From a virus (lineage: Duplodnaviria; Caudoviricetes), in the IMG/VR virus record IMGVR_UViG_3300050151_000071, positions 1 to 64,000 of that record: DNA of 64,000 nt. One strand, 5' to 3'. The notes beneath the pieces are model-generated. The model ran no database searches. It was not told the origin of the DNA and saw only the letters and a list, made by a program, of their open reading frames with translations. Both the position numbers and the translations under genes were made by a program. Below, piece by piece: positions 33,133-41,955 of the stretch. The stretch's first letter is position 1, and each line of letters begins with the position of its first letter.

Positions 33133-33248
33133 AATGACCTCATGTGGTTTGAATATTGCCCCCGCCTCGGCAATAGACGCTCTGGTCTCGCACAACCAGC
33201 TTCCCTATTCATCACGACTTATCGGGAACACCGCGCGCAATTGACCTT

Positions 33249-33277
33249 ATTATAGATTATCTTTGAGAAAAGATCAA
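33249..33277 (-). promoter_or_regulatory. early promoter
   Basis: TTGATC-N17-TATAAT. Confidence 0.7.
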
Positions 33278-33546
33278 CTTTTCTTTTTCTCGGGTCTAAG
33301 TTGGTCGTCAACTTTACCCTTTATCGCGTCCAACATTCTTTCATCTTCTTTGACAAAATTGTTGTAACGTTCTAGTATCTTCGTTTGAGCACGCTTGACA
33401 TCTTTTTCTTCATGGACACCCTGAATGAAATCTTTCAACTCAGTCAGCATGTCCAATCTTCGGACTGCCAGGACAATCATAGGACTAGTCACCTCTATCG
33501 TTGTTAAACGGAGATTGTGAAAGTATTCGTCCCAAGTCATATCCAT
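33274..33546 (-). CDS. hypothetical protein
   Basis: 90-aa ORF. Confidence 0.7.
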   Translation of the reverse strand: MDMTWDEYFHNLRLTTIEVTSPMIVLAVRRLDMLTELKDFIQGVHEEKDVKRAQTKILERYNNFVKEDERMLDAIKGKVDDQLRPEKKKS

Positions 33547-33566
33547 ATGCGTACTCTTACTTAAAA

Positions 33567-33658
33567 TGGCGGCTAGACAGGGATTCGAACCCTGGGGACC
33601 CCTTTCGGGGTCCGGGCGTTTAGCAAACGCCTGCCATAGACCTCTCGGCCACCTAGCC
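33567..33658 (-). tRNA. trnS: tRNA-Ser(GCU)
   Basis: GGCGT-TT GCT AA-ACGCC arm, long variable arm GGACCCC-GAAA-GGGGTCC, GCCA end. Confidence 0.96.
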
Positions 33659-34222
33659 TTATTGTACTTCCGGCATGAACGAGTATTTCAACACAAGGAA
33701 CTTGTCCTCGCCTTGCTCTACTAGCTCACCAATATATAGCGGACGCTCTGTTGCATAACGTCCAAACTCTGCAGCTTCATCTAAATCAGAGAAGCTCTTT
33801 AACACGTCATTTAATTTTCTGCCGTGTTCGGTTAGCTGAGAATCTAAATCAGATTGACGGACAGCAACAAACTTCCCGGTGAATCTGATTGGCTCAACTT
33901 GTTCTTCGATTGAAGAGATATCTTCATCTAAAATTAGATCAGAATCAATGGTTGTTTCTTCAGAAACTTCAGTTTCTTCTGGGTAGCTATCGCCTTGATG
34001 TCCTATTTCAAATTCATGATTAGGAACATTTGAGTGGCTCAACATTCCAACAAGTTCGAGAGTGCGTAGAAGCACGTGGCTCCCATCTTCACCCTCGATC
34101 AAGTTGTTTAGATACTTCTTAGCTAGTTGAAGTAGCTCCGCCGCATAAACCATTGTTTCTTGCGGAGTCAATGGTTCATGTGTTTTGATTTCGTCTAAGA
34201 TTCCATCAACAGAAGTTGACAT
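33659..34222 (-). CDS. hypothetical acidic late protein
   Basis: GGAG RBS before MSTSVDG; CTAAATA late promoter at 34254-34248 with an 8-bp RBS hairpin. Confidence 0.7.
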   Translation of the reverse strand: MSTSVDGILDEIKTHEPLTPQETMVYAAELLQLAKKYLNNLIEGEDGSHVLLRTLELVGMLSHSNVPNHEFEIGHQGDSYPEETEVSEETTIDSDLILDEDISSIEEQVEPIRFTGKFVAVRQSDLDSQLTEHGRKLNDVLKSFSDLDEAAEFGRYATERPLYIGELVEQGEDKFLVLKYSFMPEVQ

Positions 34223-34250
34223 AACATACTCCAAGTGTCTTTTGAAGTAT

Positions 34251-34500
34251 TTAGGACTTCGACATGTATTCTTGGGCTAGATTTTGCATTTCTAATCCAA
34301 CATCCACTTTAGTGGTAGAAGTTTTCATTAATCTAACAGGCTCTGAAAGAACCATATTGGTCGGAACACTTGGACCCAATGTACGACCGTTAATCGAAAC
34401 GGTAATATATTGCCGGCCAGCAACGTAGTTGATTTGTTCCGGCGACATGTTGAAATTAGTTTTCTTGGTGTAATCCATCTCAATCATACTTTGCTGCGTC
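34251..34500 (-). CDS. hypothetical protein (start probably MTQQSMIE or MIEMDY)
   Basis: 3' part of tracked ORF 34251-34634. Confidence 0.55.
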
Positions 34501-34806
34501 ATACGTCTTGGAACAATGCTCATTAACGATGTCGTTAGTTGCAGCAGGACAACCTTGAACACCATAGGTACTAAGTGTTCTAATAGCTGTAGCAGCAACT
34601 TGAACGATTTCGGATAAAGCTGACTGTCTACCAACCCGAGGGCCTTTAGTCCAACCTTCTTCAGCTTCCGCTAGCTCGTTCTTCATTACGAGAATCATAC
34701 CTGGGAGAGACTGTTCTTTGTCTACTCCCCACTTACGATTTTGATATTCCATTTCAGTTTCAATCGCATCGATTACAAACTGCGGAATAATGCTTATTGT
34801 GTTCAT
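34480..34806 (-). CDS. hypothetical protein, possibly MazG-like all-alpha
   Basis: ELAEA...SEIVQVAATAIR. Confidence 0.6.
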   Translation of the reverse strand: MNTISIIPQFVIDAIETEMEYQNRKWGVDKEQSLPGMILVMKNELAEAEEGWTKGPRVGRQSALSEIVQVAATAIRTLSTYGVQGCPAATNDIVNEHCSKTYDAAKYD

Positions 34807-35054
34807 GGAATATCCCCAATAGCTGCAAGATACAGATCAACAATAGCTTGCTCTTGTTCGATCTCTGCCTTGTTCTTCTTGCGTAGTTTGATGATCTTAC
34901 GCACGGCCTTGGAATCGAAGCCTTCACCCTTTAGTTCTGAGTAGATTTCTTTCTTGTCGGTGCGTAGATCTTCTTCGTCTTGTTCAACCTTTTCGATGCG
35001 CTCAATGAAACCTTTTAGGCGTTCACGTGTTGCTTTGTTAATCGAATCGGGCAC
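34803..35054 (-). CDS. gapR: GapR / DUF2312 nucleoid-associated protein
   Basis: RLKGFIERIEKVE....D.KEIYSELKGEGFDSKAVRKIIKLRK. Confidence 0.9.
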   Translation of the reverse strand: MPDSINKATRERLKGFIERIEKVEQDEEDLRTDKKEIYSELKGEGFDSKAVRKIIKLRKKNKAEIEQEQAIVDLYLAAIGDIP

Positions 35055-35058
35055 TTCG

Positions 35059-35466
35059 TCAGTCTTTGGTATTCCTATAAATGTAATCGTTTAAATTTGG
35101 TGCCCACGTTATAAGGATTTGCTTATCGAGGAAAAAACGACCCTCGAACAAGTAATAGCCATATCCGTGATCTAATAGAACTTCTAAAACGTGATGGAGT
35201 TGAGAGTTAGCTCTTTGATCAAAGAAGTCACAAACGGCCACTTCTCCAACTATAGATTTTAAACCTATTTGTTTAGAATTATAATGTTCTGATACTTCTG
35301 CTGTACAAGCGTCTGTTATTAGCTTAACTGTATCAGGAACACTAAGTCTTTTAAGATCTTCTGCAAGAACACATAAATCCTTAGCTGTTATCACTCGCGG
35401 TTCCATCCCAAATGTTCCATACTGGTAAGCTGTCATTGAAGATGCCTTTACGGCACAGCTTGTCAA
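35059..35466 (-). CDS. hypothetical protein (start uncertain)
   Basis: ORF overlapping the 3' end of the RNA ligase gene. Confidence 0.55.
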   Translation of the reverse strand: MTSCAVKASSMTAYQYGTFGMEPRVITAKDLCVLAEDLKRLSVPDTVKLITDACTAEVSEHYNSKQIGLKSIVGEVAVCDFFDQRANSQLHHVLEVLLDHGYGYYLFEGRFFLDKQILITWAPNLNDYIYRNTKD

Positions 35467-36625
35467 AATCTGTGTCTGACTTATCGCACATCTTCAAGAT
35501 GATCTCTTTGAAAGAGTCAGCAATCATTAGGTGCGGATGGAACGGATAATCGTTCCGTCTGTCAAACAGTTTAAAGCCAATTGTCCGAGTAATGTGATCA
35601 GAATCAATTGTGCTGATCGCGAAGTCCTTCTTCGTCTCAAAAGTACGAAGAGCCTCGTATAGAGACAACGCAATACCTTCTAAACGTTCTTCATACTGCA
35701 TAACGAATTGCTTAGCGTAAGCCTCAAGCTTCGGACGTACGTGGTCTGGAACCAGACCCAAAGCATCATCGATCCGTTCGTTGAGGATAAGACCCACAAC
35801 GTACTTCTCTTTGGCGATAGCTTCACGGTTCTTGTGGAGGTCCATGTACCAAAGGCTTTTTACCTTCAGACGATCTCCGTTACGCAGTTCTACAACTACA
35901 CCTTCGGTTCCCTCAAGCTCTCGTACTTGATCGACCAATGAAGCATTATCCGATACTTCCCAGCGTTTTACAACAGGGATATTGAAGCAAGATGCGAGGC
36001 TAGCCATCTTATCATACGACATGTATTCACCAGTATTGATGTCACGAACCGCAAGAAGAGACATTGTTTCTTCAGGGTGGTTTACAACGATCCGATGCTT
36101 CGGCGCCATGTATTCAAAGATGGGAGTCATGTTCCGCTGAGAGATGAGAATACCAGCAAAGTCGTGATATTTCTTCATCATTTTACCGGAGGTCAGGGTG
36201 CTTTCCATAGTGGAACGCTGAACGAAGGATCGCAAGTCGTCAGTCATATGGGTGAGGCCCATCTTGGTACCCCAAACCAGATCACCGTTCAGAAAGAACG
36301 GAGCAACCATAGACCCATCAAGCTTGTCATACACAGCCACGATCTCGTTGAGATCGATGTCGCGAGACTCCATGCGCTCTCCGAAGTTGAAGAACTTATG
36401 CAGGGGACGTCGTAGAATCTTACCAGTCTTCGCACAGAAAATCATACCGCGACATTCACGAAGAATGGCAGCTTCATGTCCCACTGATAGGTCCGGGAAC
36501 ACTGACATGATCGATCGATAGTTGACTACAAGATAGTCACCTTTATCAGCAATGTAGAATGCTTCATCAGGTTGCGCCTCAACATAGAGACGCACATCAT
36601 CGATGTGTTCAATTTTAGGAAACAT
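35381..36625 (-). CDS. rnlA: RNA ligase 1 (T4 Rnl1-like)
   Basis: ECRGMIF, RPLHKFFN, KLDGS, FEY, EGVVV and KVKSLWY..H. Confidence 0.9.
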   Translation of the reverse strand: MFPKIEHIDDVRLYVEAQPDEAFYIADKGDYLVVNYRSIMSVFPDLSVGHEAAILRECRGMIFCAKTGKILRRPLHKFFNFGERMESRDIDLNEIVAVYDKLDGSMVAPFFLNGDLVWGTKMGLTHMTDDLRSFVQRSTMESTLTSGKMMKKYHDFAGILISQRNMTPIFEYMAPKHRIVVNHPEETMSLLAVRDINTGEYMSYDKMASLASCFNIPVVKRWEVSDNASLVDQVRELEGTEGVVVELRNGDRLKVKSLWYMDLHKNREAIAKEKYVVGLILNERIDDALGLVPDHVRPKLEAYAKQFVMQYEERLEGIALSLYEALRTFETKKDFAISTIDSDHITRTIGFKLFDRRNDYPFHPHLMIADSFKEIILKMCDKSDTDFDKLCRKGIFNDSLPVWNIWDGTASDNS

Positions 36626-36652
36626 AGATCACCTCTTTTGCATCTTTATGCT

Positions 36653-36681
36653 AAGATACAAGATCTTGCATAAAATGTCAA
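36653..36681 (-). promoter_or_regulatory. early promoter for the RNA ligase operon
   Basis: TTGACA-N17-TATCTT. Confidence 0.65.
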
Positions 36682-36682
36682 G

Positions 36683-36847
36683 CTAATTCCAGTGGTGAAT
36701 TGCGTTTGCGATAATAAAACCGCAAGTGATTAAGTTTATGATTATCCACAAACTTCTAAAGATCGCAGCACAATCTGCCTCACAATCACTATCAGATATT
36801 TTATATCCTATAGTCTTGGCCCATATACGCCAATACTTTTTAATCAT
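36683..36847 (-). CDS. 54-aa small membrane protein
   Basis: MIKKYWRIWAKTIG...EAD...IITCGFIIANAIHHWN; not in the ORF track. Confidence 0.65.
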   Translation of the reverse strand: MIKKYWRIWAKTIGYKISDSDCEADCAAIFRSLWIIINLITCGFIIANAIHHWN

Positions 36848-36850
36848 TGA

Positions 36851-37150
36851 TTACATATTACGTTCGTAATTATCCCAATCAAAGTCATCTCTTTGATCGT
36901 CGTCTTCATCTTCCTCATCATCTTCACCAATAGCTTCTGCTATAGCGTCATCCGTTGGTGGAGTCCAGTTAAGGATTTGTCCAGTGTCGAGATCGATTTC
37001 CATCTCGATGTCATCGCCCCCACCAATGCCTAAACCGCAAGGAGGATAGCCTTCAATTTCGTATTGTTTGCCATCAATGTTTAACGTGGCACTGAACAAG
37101 TCAGAGCACTTCGCATAGAACGAAATAGTTCTTATCATAATATATCTCAA
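36851..37150 (-). CDS. hypothetical acidic protein
   Basis: 99-aa ORF. Confidence 0.7.
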   Translation of the reverse strand: MRYIMIRTISFYAKCSDLFSATLNIDGKQYEIEGYPPCGLGIGGGDDIEMEIDLDTGQILNWTPPTDDAIAEAIGEDDEEDEDDDQRDDFDWDNYERNM

Positions 37151-37200
37151 AGTGGAAGAGAGAAGGTTTGTTTAAAGGTTGCGTGTACCTAAATAGATGT

Positions 37201-37665
37201 ATGAAACATAGATACACAGAAGAACAACTGAGAGCTGTAATTGAAACGTCGTATTCTGTACGACATGTGTTACAACAACTAGGAATTGCTGCTCAAGGCG
37301 GCAACTATAAAGTGATCTACAAATTTGCTAAAGAATACAACATAAGTTTGGATCACTTCACTGGTAAAGTGTGGAGTAAAGGAAAAACTCTTACTCCACG
37401 TAGAGACATTCAAGATTACCTCTCGAACAAATTTCCATGCAACTCCGGTAGACTCAAAAAACGATTAATATCTGAAGGGTTCTTTACTGATCAATGTAGT
37501 AGCTGTCAGTTGAGTAAATGGCTCGGGAATCCAATTCCATTAGAGTTGGATCATGTTGATGGGAACAGTGATGATAACAGTTTGAGTAACCTGAGATTAC
37601 TATGTCCCAATTGTCACGCTCTAACTCCAACCTATAGAGGTAAGAATCAGAAGCGTTGTAAATAA
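37201..37665 (+). CDS. free-standing HNH endonuclease
   Basis: CSSC...LELDHVDG....N.LSNLRLLCPNCH; CTAAATA 5 nt before ATG 37201; stop abuts the tRNA-Leu CCA. Confidence 0.88.
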   Translation: MKHRYTEEQLRAVIETSYSVRHVLQQLGIAAQGGNYKVIYKFAKEYNISLDHFTGKVWSKGKTLTPRRDIQDYLSNKFPCNSGRLKKRLISEGFFTDQCSSCQLSKWLGNPIPLELDHVDGNSDDNSLSNLRLLCPNCHALTPTYRGKNQKRCK

Positions 37666-37955
37666 TGGTATCCCCGGCCGGAATCGAACCGGCACCCTTT
37701 CGGAACGGATTTTCGTACCACTACAACTTTCGTTGCCGCTCGTCGAGCGTTTGTAGTCTGGACTATACCTTGACCATTGCCGAAGCTTTAGGCCCTGCCC
37801 GTCTAGTCTCTACACCTTCCTCTTTTCGAGGCTTGGTTCGGGATTGCCATGTGAAAGGTTTCCCCGAATTTGAGCAGTTCTACTCCAAGAGTTTCCTCAA
37901 GGGCACTCAGTTTCCTATCAAAGTCCGTCGCGTCTACCAATTCCGCCACGGGGAC
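37666..37955 (-). tRNA. trnL: tRNA-Leu(UAA) interrupted by a group I intron (exons 37955-37921 and 37713-37666)
   Basis: GTCCCCG/CGGGGAT acceptor; the spliced arm reads ACGGA-CT T|AA AA-TCCGT. Confidence 0.92.
37714..37920 (-). mobile_element. ORF-less group I intron (207 nt, IC3-like)
   Basis: P AAATTCGGGGAA, Q AATCCCGAAC, R GTAGAGACTAGA, S AAGGTATAGTCC; P1 ACTT/GAGT with U-G; terminal G. Confidence 0.92.
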
Positions 37956-37987
37956 ACATAATTCAAATCTTTCGATCTGATTTGTCT

Positions 37988-38016
37988 AATATATATTCTA
38001 TTGATCAATAATTCAA
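37988..38016 (-). promoter_or_regulatory. early promoter for the intron-containing tRNA
   Basis: TTGAAT-N17-TATATT. Confidence 0.55.
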
Positions 38017-38024
38017 CAGAGAAA

Positions 38025-38687
38025 TCAAAGGTTCTTATAAAACTCCGCCACTACATCTTTCAGAGGTTGAACCCAAGGTTTAACGTTCTCAACGAAAACT
38101 GTAGCACCTTCGTTCTCAACTGTCATTAGAATGACTATTTGTCGTGGACACGTTTCTTCATCTTGTGTACGTTCGTACCACATGTATGCATAACCAGCAC
38201 ACTGCATGAAGTAGTTTGAAATCATGTCTTTAGTTCTAGGACGTCTAGCGTTCTTAAAGTCAATGATTGCTGGACGGCCTTTGTATTCAGCAATCAAGTC
38301 AGCTCGTCCAGCTAACTTCAAAGTATCTGAATATAACGCAGTTTCTAATCCGAAGACTCTTCCAACATCTTTATCGATGATTGGTTTCAAATCATTAAAT
38401 CGATCGAGCGCAAGGTAACCGGTCTTTGGATAAGGGATACCTCTAATGTGTGCTTCTGCAATTTCGTGCATCTCTGTTCCGAGAGCAGCAGAGCGGTCAC
38501 GAATCTTTTCAGCTTCCTTCTCGCCTACTTTAGCGATCCATTTGAGAAGCTGCTCGGGTTTCTCTTGAGCACTTAGTACAGTAGTCATTGAGGGATAAGT
38601 TGCCCCCTCGGGAGTCACGTAATGTCGTTTACCGTTTACCTCTGTAGTGTTGAGTTGGACGTCGTATCGTAGGTCTAGTATTGCCAC
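38025..38687 (-). CDS. PD-(D/E)xK exonuclease (Cas4/YqaJ-like)
   Basis: YPSMTTVL, GTEMH, GRADL, IIDFKN and YFMQ..GYA. Confidence 0.85.
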   Translation of the reverse strand: MAILDLRYDVQLNTTEVNGKRHYVTPEGATYPSMTTVLSAQEKPEQLLKWIAKVGEKEAEKIRDRSAALGTEMHEIAEAHIRGIPYPKTGYLALDRFNDLKPIIDKDVGRVFGLETALYSDTLKLAGRADLIAEYKGRPAIIDFKNARRPRTKDMISNYFMQCAGYAYMWYERTQDEETCPRQIVILMTVENEGATVFVENVKPWVQPLKDVVAEFYKNL

Positions 38688-39034
38688 TGTTGCATGGTTG
38701 TGCGCATCTTCTTACGGATTGATCGCACAGTCCCTTCTTGTTCTAAATGCGATAGTATGTTTAGCGTACGTTGTGTTTCTATATTTGGACCGCCATCGAC
38801 GTCATAATCACCGGACGATGAAAGAGGGAGTTCGCTGTAGTGCCAAATTTCACTATTGTCTTCCAAGATTATTAGAGTTTCAAACTCAACAAAATAATCT
38901 ACGTTCGGATTTGGTGGTAGGGGAAGATCGAACCCGGGCTTTTCATACCCGGGTTCATTGAGTGGAGATCTTCCCTCCGTATCATTTTCTCTTAGCAGTG
39001 GTCGTGGGTTTCGCATTCCGCAGCTCATATTCAT
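38675..39034 (-). CDS. hypothetical protein (start uncertain)
   Basis: ORF between phoH and the exonuclease gene. Confidence 0.5.
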   Translation of the reverse strand: MNMSCGMRNPRPLLRENDTEGRSPLNEPGYEKPGFDLPLPPNPNVDYFVEFETLIILEDNSEIWHYSELPLSSSGDYDVDGGPNIETQRTLNILSHLEQEGTVRSIRKKMRTTMQQWQY

Positions 39035-39767
39035 AGGTTACAAATTCTTTCACGAAGCCACTACGAACAATATCTGCAGGTAGAAACTCAACGAATTCAA
39101 CACGATCTTCCATCTTGCGAAGGATTTCCAAGGTCTTCCATAGACCTTCCTTATCCTCGGCGTCCGACAAATCTGACTGGTCGTAGTCACCGGATAAGAT
39201 TACTTGGCAGTTTTCACCAAAGCGAGTTAGGATACTCTTCTGTTCGTGGTACGACATGTTCTGTACTTCATCTAGGATAACAATGCTGTTATCCAGAGTG
39301 ATACCACGAACATATGATGTCGATACAAACTTAACAATCTCTAGACCCTTTAGGATCTTATATGCGTCATTACGACCGAACAACTCAGCACAAATCAGTT
39401 GATATGGCTCCTCATAAACAGCCATCTTATCTTCTAACTTACCAGGCAAGTGTCCAACTTCTCTTGAAGGAACAGCTGAACGATAGATGATAATTTGTTT
39501 GTACTTTTTGTGATACAACACGGCTTCTAAAGCCATATACATCGCAACGAATGTTTTACCTGTACCAGGGCAGCCGTGCAGCACTACACTCTTATTAGCA
39601 CGGAAAGCTTTAAGAGTCTTTCCTTGTGCGTGTGTTTTTGCTTTTACAGATCCAAGTGATAGTTGCTGTGAAGGAGCTGGTCTACTACTTCGTCCCTCAT
39701 ACCGATTATCACCTCGAGATTGCGCCGTATCTCGTTCACGTTGTTCTTGGCGCTTGTTTTTACGCAT
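38982..39767 (-). CDS. phoH: PhoH family ATPase
   Basis: GCPGTGKT, RSAV, G.LPG.L.DK, RG.TLD, ILDEVQN and GDYDQSD. Confidence 0.93.
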   Translation of the reverse strand: MRKNKRQEQRERDTAQSRGDNRYEGRSSRPAPSQQLSLGSVKAKTHAQGKTLKAFRANKSVVLHGCPGTGKTFVAMYMALEAVLYHKKYKQIIIYRSAVPSREVGHLPGKLEDKMAVYEEPYQLICAELFGRNDAYKILKGLEIVKFVSTSYVRGITLDNSIVILDEVQNMSYHEQKSILTRFGENCQVILSGDYDQSDLSDAEDKEGLWKTLEILRKMEDRVEFVEFLPADIVRSGFVKEFVTYEYELRNAKPTTTAKRK

Positions 39768-39798
39768 ATGTACTCCTTGTGGTTAGCCCACAATTATA

Positions 39799-40056
39799 TT
39801 ATCGGATATTCATATTGTTCCGTGGTGATCCTTTTGCAACTTTGTTGAGGACATCACGGAAGCCGTTATCAATTTTACCCATACCTAACATTGTTACAAG
39901 CGCAGGCGCTTGACCATTTGTGGTAGGCAGAGAGGTGCATATTAAAGTAGGGTTGTCTTTTAGATAAGCTTCCAATGCATCTGTTGATAATAGTTGCTTA
40001 GTTACTTCTTTGGTTTCTTCGTTCAAGAACTCGAAGAACTTATAGGTGGTCTTCAT
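39799..40056 (-). CDS. conserved T4-like-phage hypothetical protein
   Basis: TY.F.N.ET.EV...S....YLK.NP...D.GFRDVL.K. Confidence 0.7.
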   Translation of the reverse strand: MKTTYKFFEFLNEETKEVTKQLLSTDALEAYLKDNPTLICTSLPTTNGQAPALVTMLGMGKIDNGFRDVLNKVAKGSPRNNMNIR

Positions 40057-40223
40057 TAGTGTCTCGGTTTGTTGGGACGTGGTGTAGAATCGTTGTCGTC
40101 CTTACCTTCGAAGGAAGAGGAGCGGCCTTTTTCTTTCTTACGACGAGCATTACGTTCACGCTGTAGTCGTTGAGCCTTGTAGTATTCCGCGTCGTCACTA
40201 TTGTTGCGGAAAGTCTTACCCAT
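40056..40223 (-). CDS. 55-aa basic protein
   Basis: MGKTFRNNSDD...; overlaps both neighbours; not in the ORF track. Confidence 0.65.
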   Translation of the reverse strand: MGKTFRNNSDDAEYYKAQRLQRERNARRKKEKGRSSSFEGKDDNDSTPRPNKPRH

Positions 40224-40665
40224 GGATTCTGTTTCCGTTAGGAAGAACCTTCATGTTAAGCAGACCAGGGAAAACCTTCTCAACAAACTCAGCGCTGATG
40301 TTATCATAAGGCCACTTGCGGTCTTTCATCAGTAACACAATCTCAGCATCTTTTGGGTGAATAAATTCAAGAACCATGATGAATTGTGTTTGCATTTTTG
40401 CGTCGTTCAGATTTGGACCACCCTCTACAAAGAGATACATTCGACGTACTTCACCCCAGAAAAATCCATGGGTAGTTACATCTTCCGCTGCCTTGTAAGG
40501 AGGATTACCGGGTGGTAATCTAAACGTAACGTTGGGTGATATTCCATAATACAGAACATCAAACACTCGTTGATTTTGAGCAGCTTGTCCTAAAGCGTGT
40601 GCTCTTTGTTCTTCGTCCTCGATGGCGTTGATACGGTCGAGGAATTCGAATACAGACTCTTTCAT
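40216..40665 (-). CDS. conserved T4-like-phage hypothetical protein
   Basis: F.LPPGNPPY, EVRRMYLF..GG and FI..LE.IHP.DAE. Confidence 0.75.
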   Translation of the reverse strand: MKESVFEFLDRINAIEDEEQRAHALGQAAQNQRVFDVLYYGISPNVTFRLPPGNPPYKAAEDVTTHGFFWGEVRRMYLFVEGGPNLNDAKMQTQFIMVLEFIHPKDAEIVLLMKDRKWPYDNISAEFVEKVFPGLLNMKVLPNGNRIHG

Positions 40666-40666
40666 G

Positions 40667-41518
40667 TTAGAATTGGTCTACTACGTCTAGGAGCGTTGAT
40701 AGTCTGTACTTCACAAAGTAGTCAAACAATCGATGTCCTTTACGGCCTTTCTGATCTTCATATTGGGTTAAAATTTGAGTAGTGATTTCTTCTGGTATCG
40801 AGCGCAGGTCAATCATAGTCCTGTTCCTAAACCAGTTCCTTCTATGTATTTCATTCGGCCATGTTTCAACAGAGGTTGAGAGGAAAGCTTTTAGTCTTTC
40901 TTCAGTCATTTTTGACTGACGCTTTTCCTTAACCGTCAACACATCATCGTCTGAAAGTATGTTTGGAACACCATCATTACGGTCGCCCCTGATGATATGT
41001 TCCTCCAAATAAGCTACAGGATCTGAAGGAGTTAGCATACGCTCTTCGATGTGATCGTACTGAACTACGTCCCCATATGCTTGAAGCTGTTGGAAGTCTC
41101 TATCTCGGCTAACAATAGCATGAGGGCCTTCAGTATTCAATACCATCGTTGCAATGATGTCATCACCTTCAGCTCCCTTAATTTCAAGAACTGGGTAGTG
41201 AGTATATTCAACCAACTCTTTTTTGATGGAGTCGAACAGGTCATATACCTTTGGCCACTCAATGTGAGTCAGCTTTTCTCTATCGGTCTTTCGATGAGAC
41301 TTATAGTATTCAAAAGCGTCCTTACGCCACGTTCTCGGGGAGTCGGCACAGATAATAACTCGACCATACCTAGACCCAAACTTAACGTTGATCATCCTAA
41401 TGTAGTTGATAACGAGAAGACGAACCTTATTTGGGTTGAAGTCATCTACCTTTGGTTTCTTCGGGAAGGAAGCATGTAGGCTCGTCATCAATATGTTATT
41501 GAAGTCTATAAGTATCAT
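40667..41518 (-). CDS. rnh: RNase H / 5'-3' exonuclease (T4 Rnh)
   Basis: LIDFN, WRK..F..YK..RK, EGDDII, SRDRDFQQL and GDRNDGVPN. Confidence 0.93.
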   Translation of the reverse strand: MILIDFNNILMTSLHASFPKKPKVDDFNPNKVRLLVINYIRMINVKFGSRYGRVIICADSPRTWRKDAFEYYKSHRKTDREKLTHIEWPKVYDLFDSIKKELVEYTHYPVLEIKGAEGDDIIATMVLNTEGPHAIVSRDRDFQQLQAYGDVVQYDHIEERMLTPSDPVAYLEEHIIRGDRNDGVPNILSDDDVLTVKEKRQSKMTEERLKAFLSTSVETWPNEIHRRNWFRNRTMIDLRSIPEEITTQILTQYEDQKGRKGHRLFDYFVKYRLSTLLDVVDQF

Positions 41519-41541
41519 AATATCTCAAATGGTTTAGAGAA

Positions 41542-41955
41542 CTATTCAAAGTCCTCAGAGCTCTCTAGTAGCTCATCAATATCAATTAGTTGTAATTGGG
41601 AAGCAAGTATCTTATCAATCTCTTCACCGTTCTCATGCACAAAACTCACGAGAGGGTGTTGTAGTCCTAAGTTTCTATACATTGCAGCTCTAACGCTAGC
41701 AACAATCAAAAAACTCAATCGATCAGAGGGAATCTTAAACCCTGCTGTGTACAAATCTCTGAAGAAGGTATCCATCACAAAAGCCAATGCTTGTTCAGCA
41801 GAAGCTACCTTCATTTCTAATAGGTTCGATACAATCTCAACTGGATCAGCTTCAGGCTCATCGTGAGGTTTGTACTCTTTTGGAAACTGAATTATTTGCG
41901 CCGAATATTGTTCTTTTGGGTGGTCTTCTTGTTGAGGCGCAGTGTTTGCTGTCAT
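41542..41955 (-). CDS. hypothetical protein
   Basis: 137-aa ORF; ends in TAG. Confidence 0.7.
   Translation of the reverse strand: MTANTAPQQEDHPKEQYSAQIIQFPKEYKPHDEPEADPVEIVSNLLEMKVASAEQALAFVMDTFFRDLYTAGFKIPSDRLSFLIVASVRAAMYRNLGLQHPLVSFVHENGEEIDKILASQLQLIDIDELLESSEDFE

Noticed and set aside
37665-37961. 98-aa plus-strand ORF
   Set aside because: It is the antisense of the intron-containing tRNA-Leu
39799-40056. MKTTYKFFEFLNE as another capsid-targeting leader
   Set aside because: It fits better the TY.F.N.ET.E start of a conserved T4-like-phage protein family and has no late promoter
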